IMG/VR virus record: IMGVR_UViG_3300008116_000020
Span: 58,157 to 78,156 of that record
DNA: 20,000 nt
Source of the DNA: an uncultured virus (IMG/VR IMGVR_UViG_3300008116_000020)
Lineage: Duplodnaviria; Heunggongvirae; Uroviricota; Caudoviricetes
Direction: 5' to 3' (one strand)
This document shows positions 6,845 to 14,930 of this stretch, in pieces (the first letter of the stretch is position 1; each line of letters opens with the position of its first letter). The position numbers and the translations under genes were made by a program. The notes below the pieces were generated by a model. It searched no databases and was not told where the DNA came from. It saw only the letters and a list, made by a program, of their open reading frames with translations.

Positions 6845-9361
6845 ATGGAACCATTTGAATTATTTATTATTATTGGTCAAGGTAAACTACCAGATGATTT
6901 TAAATCAATTGCAAATACCGATGCTAACTCGGAAGAAAGACTTCTATCCATAAAAGAATTGAAAATGGAACTTGAAAGAGAAATTGAATTAGAAGATAAT
7001 AACCTAGTGGAAGTTGTAAATGAAAAATCTACAAATGATAATAATTCTCTTTTAACAAATGAAATCAATCAAATCGATGATATTGATGATGATATAATGA
7101 ATTCTAAAAATGAAGATAAAAAATTACCATCAATGGTTGGTATGAATGATTTTCACACACTAGATAATGATTACTATGCAAGAATGGATGAAGAAGCATT
7201 CAACTCATTAATTAATTTTAAAACTCAAAGAATGTGGAATGGAGTTTTGAATAAAATTTTAAATGTTGATGATATTAAAAATGAGAGTGGTGGGAAATAT
7301 TTTACTATAATAAAAAATAACTTTATAAATGAGTATAATGATGTTATTAAAATTAAAGTACCCAATGATTATAAAAATCACACACCCAATTTAATGCAAA
7401 AATTAACAATTCATAGACTATTAACATCAGATTCAAAATCTTTACTAAATCTATCCGGTACAGGAGCTGGTAAAACAATAGCTATGATTTTAGCTAGTAG
7501 AATTATAAATTCTAAAATAAGTATTATAATTGCATTAAACTCAACAGTTGAACAAATATCAAATGAGATAGTAAAATCTTTTCCTAATAGTTTAGTATTT
7601 ACTGAACATGAGATCGGACGAGTTTATGATGTTAATGAACATAATTATTTAGTTTTAAATTATGAAAAATTTCAACAATCATATTCAGAAGAAGTTTATC
7701 AAGATTTGACAAATAAAAATATTATAGACTTTGTTGGTATTGATGAATTACAGAATGTTAAACAAAGAGGTGAAGATGAATCAGTAAGAAGAGGCGTTTT
7801 GAAGAAATTAATTGGTCGTGTTAGAGATAAAAATAAAAACTCATACATTTTAGGTATGTCAGCAACACCAGTTATAAATAATTTGAGTGAAGCTAAGTCT
7901 CTATTGGAGATTGTTACTTTAAAAGATTATAGTGACTTAAATACACATAAAAGTATATCAAATGCACTTAGAGTATATCAACAATTTTTATTAAATGGAA
8001 TTAGATATCTACCACAGTATGAGATTGAATTAGATAAAAAGTATATCGAAATTGATGGTTCTGACTTAATCGATGATATATTAAAACTACCAAAGAATGA
8101 TTTTATCTCGTTAGAAAAATTACTCTTACCAAAGAAATTAGAATCCGTTAGAGAATTTCTAAAAAAAGGAGTATGTATTTATACATACTATGTTGACGGA
8201 TTTAAGAACGAAATATATGATTTTGTGACAAAAAATGGATTTACTTGTGTTTGTTGCACTGGTGAAGAAAATGGAATTATAAATATAGATGGTGTTGAAA
8301 TGTCTATAAGAGAGTATAACTTAAAAAAGTTTATAAAAGGTGAAGTTGATATTATTATTGGTTCAAAACCAATAACAACCGGTGTTGATGGATTGCAAAA
8401 TGTTTGCAATACCTTGATAGAAATCACACAACCTTGGACAAACTCAGATGAAAAACAGTTACATGGTAGATTTATTAGACAAGGATCATCTTTTGATAAG
8501 GTAACTGTTATAATACCACAAGTTAAAATTGATATAGATGATAAAGTTTGGTCATGGGATAAACAGAGAACAAATTTAATAGAAAATAAAAGAACTTTAG
8601 CTGATTTAGCAGTTGATGGTAAAATACCTTCAAAAATATTACCAAGTAGAGAAACTATGTTCAATAAGTCTATTGAATCATTACAATCATGGAAAGACAG
8701 AGTTAACAAAGGTGATATAATTAATGGTGATAGAAGAAACATAAATATTAATTTATATCCAGAATTGGATGAAGAGAAAAGATTAATAAAAATTGAATCA
8801 GAATTATCTGAATTTAATAGAAGAGGGAAAATAACTCGTTCATCTACAATGAATAAAGAATTCAACAACAATCCAGATTCTTGGTTTAGATATCATTCTC
8901 TTAGAAGAGAAAGTATGAAAGATTGGACTGAGATACCATATGAGTATATTGCTACTAAAATTAAAAACAAAAATCATCGTGTTGTTGATTTTGGATGTGG
9001 TGAAAATTTATTCAAAAATTTTATACCAAATAATGAGGTAATATCATTTGATCATATAGCAATAGATGATAATGTTATTGCATGTGATATGAGTGATGTT
9101 AGTGAATATTTGAGTGATGAAAGTGTTGATGTTTGTGTTTTTAGTTTATCACTATGGGGTACAAATTATAAAGATTATATTAAAGAAGCTTATCGTGTTT
9201 TAAACTGGAATGGTAATATTTATATAGCAGAACCATCTAAAAATTATGAAACACAAGAGGATGAAAAGGAATTAATAGACTTAATAAAAGAATTTGGATT
9301 TGAAATTGTTGGTGGTATCGAAAAGAGAAGTAAGTTTATTTACATAAGAGGTATAAAATAA
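6845..9361 (+). CDS. SF2 helicase/ATPase fused to a C-terminal Rrp8/nucleomethylin-like (Methyltransf_8) SAM-dependent methyltransferase
   Basis: Walker A SGTGAGKT (~7454), Walker B IDELQ (~7739), motif III SAT (~7859), motif VI QLHGRFIRQG (~8456). MTase motifs YH...W..P, VVDFGCGE (~8981), ACDM, DESVDVCVFSLSLWGTN...EAYRVL...IAEP. The frame is open upstream to 6719. Confidence 0.85.
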   Translation: MEPFELFIIIGQGKLPDDFKSIANTDANSEERLLSIKELKMELEREIELEDNNLVEVVNEKSTNDNNSLLTNEINQIDDIDDDIMNSKNEDKKLPSMVGMNDFHTLDNDYYARMDEEAFNSLINFKTQRMWNGVLNKILNVDDIKNESGGKYFTIIKNNFINEYNDVIKIKVPNDYKNHTPNLMQKLTIHRLLTSDSKSLLNLSGTGAGKTIAMILASRIINSKISIIIALNSTVEQISNEIVKSFPNSLVFTEHEIGRVYDVNEHNYLVLNYEKFQQSYSEEVYQDLTNKNIIDFVGIDELQNVKQRGEDESVRRGVLKKLIGRVRDKNKNSYILGMSATPVINNLSEAKSLLEIVTLKDYSDLNTHKSISNALRVYQQFLLNGIRYLPQYEIELDKKYIEIDGSDLIDDILKLPKNDFISLEKLLLPKKLESVREFLKKGVCIYTYYVDGFKNEIYDFVTKNGFTCVCCTGEENGIINIDGVEMSIREYNLKKFIKGEVDIIIGSKPITTGVDGLQNVCNTLIEITQPWTNSDEKQLHGRFIRQGSSFDKVTVIIPQVKIDIDDKVWSWDKQRTNLIENKRTLADLAVDGKIPSKILPSRETMFNKSIESLQSWKDRVNKGDIINGDRRNININLYPELDEEKRLIKIESELSEFNRRGKITRSSTMNKEFNNNPDSWFRYHSLRRESMKDWTEIPYEYIATKIKNKNHRVVDFGCGENLFKNFIPNNEVISFDHIAIDDNVIACDMSDVSEYLSDESVDVCVFSLSLWGTNYKDYIKEAYRVLNWNGNIYIAEPSKNYETQEDEKELIDLIKEFGFEIVGGIEKRSKFIYIRGIK

Positions 9362-9367
9362 AAAATT

Positions 9368-10087
9368 ATGAAAAAACAATATGTTTACATTGGTCAGTTC
9401 TACCATATAAAAAATAAAGAACTACCACTTGATTATAAGTTTGGAGTTACTGATGATCTAGAACAAAGAGAATATTCGTTAGGTCGTACAAAATCACCTA
9501 TAAAGTATATGATTTTAAAAGCTTGGGAATTACCATTAAACGTCAAAAGAGAAAAGGTTGAAAAGATGATTGCCTTAATTTTTGATGAAAATAAGTATGA
9601 TGGTTGTGAGTGGTATGATGTTGATGGTGAAACTTTTCAAGGTAAAATAAAGGAGTTATTTGAAATAATATCAGATATGATTGATGACCTCAATTTCACT
9701 TTTGTTGAAGTAGATTTAGATAAAAATAGTGACGGTGATATTGTTGAAAAAGAAATTGAAAAAGAAATAAGAACTGGTAAAAAAGCACCTTGGACAAATT
9801 TGGAGGTTAATATAGAAGGTAACCTAATAAAACTTGATAGTGCTAAATCAACATATGGTAAATCAATTGAAGAAATTTTAAAAACTATTGATCCTGTACA
9901 GTTCTCTATTGATTTCCCAAGAATATTTAAATTGAATAAAAGTGATTATCCTGAGTATAAATGGTCTTCTCTTCTCAAAATTGGAGATTTTTATTTAGAT
10001 ACATATACAAACACGGCTCAAAAGAAAAGAGATATTTGTAACGCTCTTACTAAATATAATATTAAAGGTGAAGTTCAAATTTATTAA
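9368..10087 (+). CDS. GIY-YIG nuclease, T5orf172/MUG113-like
   Basis: N-terminal YVYI...YKFGVTDDLEQR..SL...SP...EK.....F......EWY pattern; 6 nt after the helicase-MTase stop. Confidence 0.7.
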   Translation: MKKQYVYIGQFYHIKNKELPLDYKFGVTDDLEQREYSLGRTKSPIKYMILKAWELPLNVKREKVEKMIALIFDENKYDGCEWYDVDGETFQGKIKELFEIISDMIDDLNFTFVEVDLDKNSDGDIVEKEIEKEIRTGKKAPWTNLEVNIEGNLIKLDSAKSTYGKSIEEILKTIDPVQFSIDFPRIFKLNKSDYPEYKWSSLLKIGDFYLDTYTNTAQKKRDICNALTKYNIKGEVQIY

Positions 10088-10091
10088 AATA

Positions 10092-10120
10092 AAAAAAGAG
10101 AGACTAAGTCTCTCTTTTTT
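10092..10120. terminator. Rho-independent (bidirectional) terminator
   Basis: AAAAAAGAGAGAC-TAA-GTCTCTCTTTTTT perfect inverted repeat directly after the GIY-YIG stop. Confidence 0.85.
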
Positions 10121-10201
10121 AACTTCTTAAAATTCAGCAAATCTCCCCCAACCTATACTATAAGAAATATTTTTATCTAAAGTTCCATAAGTAGTTGTTA
10201 A

Positions 10202-10441
10202 ATAAGCTATATTAATGCTGGATTTAGCTTATCAACATTAGGAACAATTTTATATGTTTCTCCGGTTATAACTAATTCTGAAATTGGTGGTAGCTCTGGT
10301 TCCATTGCTAATATATTTAGTTTTGGTTTAATTTTAGTTGGTTCGTTCTATATGGTGGAAAGTCATGTTCATGTTTATAGAGCTGGTATAATTCTAGATG
10401 AGAGAGGTGTTGGTTTATCTATACCAATAAATAAAAAATAA
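10202..10441 (+). pseudogene. Start-less open frame, probable 3' remnant of a membrane-protein gene
   Basis: 79 sense codons (ISYINAGFSLSTLGTILYVSPV...NIFSFGLILVGSFYMVESHVHVYRAGIILDERGVGLSIPINKK*) with two hydrophobic stretches, ending exactly at the second terminator. No ATG until 10352. Confidence 0.4.
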
Positions 10442-10467
10442 AAAAGAGAGTTAAAAACTCTCTTTTT
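10441..10467. terminator. Rho-independent (bidirectional) terminator
   Basis: AAAAAGAGAGTT-AAA-AACTCTCTTTTT inverted repeat abutting the stop of the minus-strand Skp-like gene. Confidence 0.85.
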
Positions 10468-10956
10468 TTATGCTTCTGTTGTTGTTTCTACTTTTACTGT
10501 TTCTGTTTCAACTTCAAAATAAAGTTCTTTTTCTTTAAGAACTGAAACAATATTTTCAGTGATTTCGAATTTGTCAACTAAATAAACAACTTCCATTTTA
10601 CCAATCACTAAGTCAATTCCGTTTGATTTAGAATATTCCTCAATGATTTCTGATAATTCATCAAAAGTCTTTTTATTTAAATCTTCGTGCATTTTTTTCA
10701 TCTCTACTTTAAATCTGTTATCAATTCCCATTGCTTGATCTTGTAGAGATCTAAATCTTTCTTCTTTTTCTTTTTGAGTTTTCTCGTCAATGATTAATCC
10801 AGAACTCATTTGAGAAATAATACTCTCCATTTCTTTTTTAACTGGATCTAAACTTTTAATAAATGAGTTTTTTTCCTCTTCAATTTTCTTAATACCTTCT
10901 TGATAATTCTTGTAATGTTTAGTTAGAATTTCAAAATCAACTACTCTAAATTCCAT
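10468..10956 (-). CDS. Skp/OmpH-like chaperone lacking a signal peptide
   Basis: Begins with the beta-strand FRVVDFEIL, has a long coiled-coil middle, and ends with IIEEYSKSNGIDLVI...VVY....EITENIV, the characteristic OmpH layout. Confidence 0.7.
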   Translation of the reverse strand: MEFRVVDFEILTKHYKNYQEGIKKIEEEKNSFIKSLDPVKKEMESIISQMSSGLIIDEKTQKEKEERFRSLQDQAMGIDNRFKVEMKKMHEDLNKKTFDELSEIIEEYSKSNGIDLVIGKMEVVYLVDKFEITENIVSVLKEKELYFEVETETVKVETTTEA

Positions 10957-11000
10957 ATATAATAAATTTTTTATTATTATATATCAAAATACTTGTTTGT

Positions 11001-12314
11001 TTAGCTTATTAAATAGTTAACTGCGTTTCTATAACGATAGTATAAATTCATTTCTTCTGAAACATTAAAGTCAATACTCATAAACAAACTACTAACAGTA
11101 GATCCTCTTTTAGTTGCTTTTAAGAATGTTCTTTTTTTACCAAGTTTACGTGCTAAATCTGAGTTTCTGTAATAGATATTTATATCCTCTTCGAGTTGTT
11201 TTATATCACCTAAGTAAAAATCTATTTTATATGTTTGAGTTTGTGCTGATGTTTCATCCACATTTACTGATTTAGCAGTTACTATGTAACTTGTTCCAAA
11301 CTCCGAGAAAGGATTTATAACAAGTGGTATTTTATACCCACCACCCATAAAATAACTATAAGTACCTGAATCTATTTGAGTGTAATATTCTAAATTAACA
11401 GGATTGCCATTGACATATTTAACCATTTGAAACTTTATGTCATATAAATATGGACCGGTTGCTCCAGTCACCAACGGATTATTAGTAAATTTCATAGCAA
11501 CAACATTATTATAATAACTAAATGATAAGTAAGATTGGGTAGCAGATTCTACTGGACCTGAGTAAGTCATTGAAATATATTGATAATAATCAGTTTCTCT
11601 ATCTGTTAATACATCAATCTCTTCAATTTTACCAATAAAATTATCTTTACTTAAATTGAATGAGTATGTTTCTTTAACATAAGGATCTCTTGCGTAAGTT
11701 GTTATTAAATAATCTGATCCATGATCAATTGGTATAGTTGTTTTGTATGATGATTGTGTTAAATAACTCCAAGTACCAGATGATATTGAATGGTAATCAA
11801 AGAGGTCTATTGGACTTCTAGTTCCATTTTGAGATTGCCACTCAACTCTTTTAAGATCTATATTATATGTATTTGGGTTATCTATATTTATATAAAGGTC
11901 ATTGCTATAAGTAAATGAAATCTGAGATTGTGATCCAGATAATGAATAAGTTGATGTCAATGGACCTGAAAAAGTTAATGATAAATATTTAGGATCATCT
12001 GAGTAAACATCAAATCCATTCTGATAGACATTTTTTTGTTTATAAAATATTTTTAACTTTTGTTGTAAGGGTGTTATTGTTTGAAAGCAAATTGACTCCC
12101 AAGTAGCATTTTTCATTTCATTAACAGTTCTATAATTAGATACTTCAATATGATATCTAAGTAGTAGAGTTATTTTGAAATAATTATAATCACCTTTAGC
12201 TACTATTTCATCTACCAATTTTTTATATTCCATAAAATTATCTCTACCTCCAATTGCTAAGGCATTGATAGTTCTATATATCTTGAATATTTTATTTTTT
12301 TCGTTTTTAGTCAT
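11001..12314 (-). CDS. Hypothetical protein with two tandem beta-rich ~130-aa repeats (possible virion protein)
   Basis: 437 aa. Paired segments YLSLTFSGP/YISMTYSGP, SQISFTY/SYLSFSY, ISSGTWSY/IDSGTYSY, GSDYLIT/GTSYIVT, FIGKIEEI/YLGDIKQL. Confidence 0.75.
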   Translation of the reverse strand: MTKNEKNKIFKIYRTINALAIGGRDNFMEYKKLVDEIVAKGDYNYFKITLLLRYHIEVSNYRTVNEMKNATWESICFQTITPLQQKLKIFYKQKNVYQNGFDVYSDDPKYLSLTFSGPLTSTYSLSGSQSQISFTYSNDLYINIDNPNTYNIDLKRVEWQSQNGTRSPIDLFDYHSISSGTWSYLTQSSYKTTIPIDHGSDYLITTYARDPYVKETYSFNLSKDNFIGKIEEIDVLTDRETDYYQYISMTYSGPVESATQSYLSFSYYNNVVAMKFTNNPLVTGATGPYLYDIKFQMVKYVNGNPVNLEYYTQIDSGTYSYFMGGGYKIPLVINPFSEFGTSYIVTAKSVNVDETSAQTQTYKIDFYLGDIKQLEEDINIYYRNSDLARKLGKKRTFLKATKRGSTVSSLFMSIDFNVSEEMNLYYRYRNAVNYLIS

Positions 12315-12323
12315 TATAAACTA

Positions 12324-13415
12324 TTATTGTTCTGGTGTAATTATTTTATCAATTTCAGCTACTTTATCTTTGTTTTCTTCTTTACTTATGAAATCAACAT
12401 AACTAGCAACTTTCTTAATATCATCTGGTTTTTTAGCTTTCAACTCACCTAATTTTTTAACTAAGTCTTCTTGTCCTTGAGCTTTAGCCTCTTCAAATTT
12501 ATAAGAGTCAACTTCTTCACCTTTTTCGTTAACAATTCTTTCTAAGGCTCCAGTTTCGTATTCTTTCATCGGATCTGGTTGACCTTTTCTTAAAATCTCG
12601 GTTAATTTAACTTTGTCTCCTTTTTTAACTTCACCAGCAATTTTTGCTAAAACTTCTTCTCCTTCATCGACTACTAATTTTTTACTACCAGATTTAACAA
12701 CTTGTATATATCCTGGATGTTTAGTTAATAAATCACCTGTTAATTTCTTAATTTCAATTTCAACATCACCCCAATCTAAAACAATGTTACCACCTTCAGA
12801 TTCTTCACCACCTTCAATTTTCTTTTCTTCTTTATATTTTTTGATTTGTTCATCAATATACTTGTCATCAGTAACTTTCTTTTTGAAGTCATCAACAATT
12901 GCTTTAATCTCAGCTACACGAGCAGCTTTCTTACCAGCTAAATCTTTAGCCGCTGCCACTTTTTTATCAAACTCCATTTTAAGTTCTGCCGCTTTTTGTT
13001 TAACCATACCTAACATTACACGACCAGCAATCATACCATCTTTGATAGCACCTTCGAGAATTAAATTAACATTAGACTCTTTAACAGCTTGAATTTCTTT
13101 ATCAATCTCAACACATTTTTCGTCAAATTCTTTATGAAATTGATCTATTATTTGATTAAGTATTCCTTCGTCTTCAGCTTTGTTTATATTGTCTGTTGTG
13201 GTTTTTAAAAGACTATCCAACATAGTAGTTAGTTTTTTCTTTAACTCTTCTCTTTTTAATCCTTTTTTGAAATCATCTTTTAGTGATTTAAAAGGAGCTG
13301 CTATACCACTTAAAAAGTTTTTAAATGCTCCTTTAGCAGCCGCTAATAAAGAACCTAAAAACTCCTCATTTATTTGACTATCTTTAAATTGTTGATAATT
13401 GTTAATTCTCTTCAT
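12324..13415 (-). CDS. Lys/Glu-rich helical protein with MKRINNYQQF...INEE N-terminus (putative head-internal protein)
   Basis: 363-aa ORF; N-terminus resembles the left-hand motif family; highly charged and helical. Confidence 0.75.
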   Translation of the reverse strand: MKRINNYQQFKDSQINEEFLGSLLAAAKGAFKNFLSGIAAPFKSLKDDFKKGLKREELKKKLTTMLDSLLKTTTDNINKAEDEGILNQIIDQFHKEFDEKCVEIDKEIQAVKESNVNLILEGAIKDGMIAGRVMLGMVKQKAAELKMEFDKKVAAAKDLAGKKAARVAEIKAIVDDFKKKVTDDKYIDEQIKKYKEEKKIEGGEESEGGNIVLDWGDVEIEIKKLTGDLLTKHPGYIQVVKSGSKKLVVDEGEEVLAKIAGEVKKGDKVKLTEILRKGQPDPMKEYETGALERIVNEKGEEVDSYKFEEAKAQGQEDLVKKLGELKAKKPDDIKKVASYVDFISKEENKDKVAEIDKIITPEQ

Positions 13416-13478
13416 AATAAATTTTTTGTTTTATAAACTATATATAAAATTCCACATATAAAAAATAAAATTTTTATC

Positions 13479-13943
13479 ATGAGTAATTATTTAAAAGATG
13501 TATCAGAGTTTCATAAAACATTTGGAGCACCAATCTTAGATACACCACAAATACCATCTAAAGAAAGATGTGAGTTAAGAGTATCTTTATTACAAGAAGA
13601 ACTAAATGAATTAAAAGAAGCAATTGAGAAAGGAGATGTAGTTGAGGTTGCTGACGCACTTGCTGATATTCAGTATGTTCTTTCTGGAGCTGTTTTAGAG
13701 TTTGGGTTAGGTGAAAAATTTGATACTTTATTTGATGAAGTACAAAGAAGTAATATGAGTAAGGCTTGTACATCTCAACAAGAAGCAATTGAAACATTAC
13801 TACATTATAAACAAAAGGATGGTACTGAAGGTTTCTATAAAGAAGTTGATGGAAAATGGTTAGTTTATAGAACTGTTGATAACAAAGTTCTTAAATCTAT
13901 TAACTACTCACCAGCAAACCTTTCTGATATAATTAATGGATAA
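13479..13943 (+). CDS. MazG-like (PRA-PH/DR2231-type) NTP pyrophosphohydrolase
   Basis: V.EFH..F, LR..LLQEELNEL, EVADALADIQYV, FDEVQRSNMSK motifs. Confidence 0.9.
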   Translation: MSNYLKDVSEFHKTFGAPILDTPQIPSKERCELRVSLLQEELNELKEAIEKGDVVEVADALADIQYVLSGAVLEFGLGEKFDTLFDEVQRSNMSKACTSQQEAIETLLHYKQKDGTEGFYKEVDGKWLVYRTVDNKVLKSINYSPANLSDIING

Positions 13944-14298
13944 AATTAATGGATATGTTATTCAAAAACTTAGAAATAAGTTAGAAATAATTAAAGAACA
14001 CGGTCAAGAATTGGATAATATAGATGAATTGATACAAAAAATAATTTATAATGAAGACTCAACTTATGGATTTAATGGATGGGGAACTTATGAGGTTATT
14101 TGGACCACGGACTATAAAAATCCAATTGCAATAAATAAAATGAGTGATGATTGTGTTATAGAAGAAACTAATTCTGGTTATATAGTAAAAGACCATCTTA
14201 AATTCACAAAAATGTTATTTTGGTCACAGATAATTAGATTTGATATAGAAGAATGGAGAGAAGAAAGACTCAATTTAATATTAAATGAGAAAGTTTGA
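13936..14298 (+). CDS. Hypothetical protein with C-terminal WREERLNLIL motif
   Basis: 120-aa ORF overlapping its neighbours in the operon. Confidence 0.7.
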   Translation: MDKINGYVIQKLRNKLEIIKEHGQELDNIDELIQKIIYNEDSTYGFNGWGTYEVIWTTDYKNPIAINKMSDDCVIEETNSGYIVKDHLKFTKMLFWSQIIRFDIEEWREERLNLILNEKV

Positions 14299-14557
14299 TT
14301 ATAAAAATCTTTTGGAGAGAGAGGCATTTGAATTAGGTGATTATTATGTTACTGGTTTAGATAGATTTAATGAGGGTGATATAGTTAAGATATATCAACA
14401 TACTTATGTTAGATTATTAACATTTGATAAAAATGATGAACTATATGTAGTTCATCAAAATCAAATACATAAAAACTTTATAACAAAAAAACATTGGAGG
14501 GATGAGCAAATTAATAGAATTATTGAAAAAGATGACAACAAAGAAACCGGTAATTAA
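14285..14557 (+). CDS. Hypothetical protein with C-terminal WRDEQINRII motif
   Basis: 90-aa ORF overlapping its neighbours in the operon. Confidence 0.7.
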   Translation: MRKFDYKNLLEREAFELGDYYVTGLDRFNEGDIVKIYQHTYVRLLTFDKNDELYVVHQNQIHKNFITKKHWRDEQINRIIEKDDNKETGN

Positions 14558-14867
14558 TAAGTCTAAAATTGAAAAAGAATTCAAGTCTTTTAAAAATAAG
14601 TTTCATGGTCAAAATAAGATATGGTTTGATGCTCTCCCGGAAAAAAAACAATTAGATCTTCTTTATGATTGGAAAGAGTATAAATGGGCTAATAAGAATA
14701 ACATAAGACGCACCAAAATTATTTCTAATGGATATTCAACAGTTAAAATCAAATCTTATCCTCCAAGTTTTAAGTATTTTATAATTGGTTGTAAGTCAAC
14801 TTGGAAGTATAGAGTTAAAAAAGAAGATATGAGAGATAAAACAATTGATTTCTTACTCGGTAGATAA
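14532..14867 (+). CDS. Basic hypothetical protein with C-terminal MRDKTIDFLL motif
   Basis: The ORF track start is 14502; the ATG at 14532 gives a smaller overlap with the previous gene and is preferred. Confidence 0.65.
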   Translation: MTTKKPVINKSKIEKEFKSFKNKFHGQNKIWFDALPEKKQLDLLYDWKEYKWANKNNIRRTKIISNGYSTVKIKSYPPSFKYFIIGCKSTWKYRVKKEDMRDKTIDFLLGR

Positions 14868-14930
14868 TTCAAAATTTATAAAATATTATTATTACATGTA
14901 GTAGGAGGTTATGATATAAATAATATATAA

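Noticed and set aside
8188..8871. 227-aa minus-strand ORF
   Set aside because: Antisense shadow of the helicase gene with Ser/Leu/Ile/Phe-rich composition typical of mirror frames; no motifs.
12613..13377. Plus-strand ORFs of 159 and 65 aa
   Set aside because: Antisense shadows of the Lys/Glu-rich 363-aa gene.
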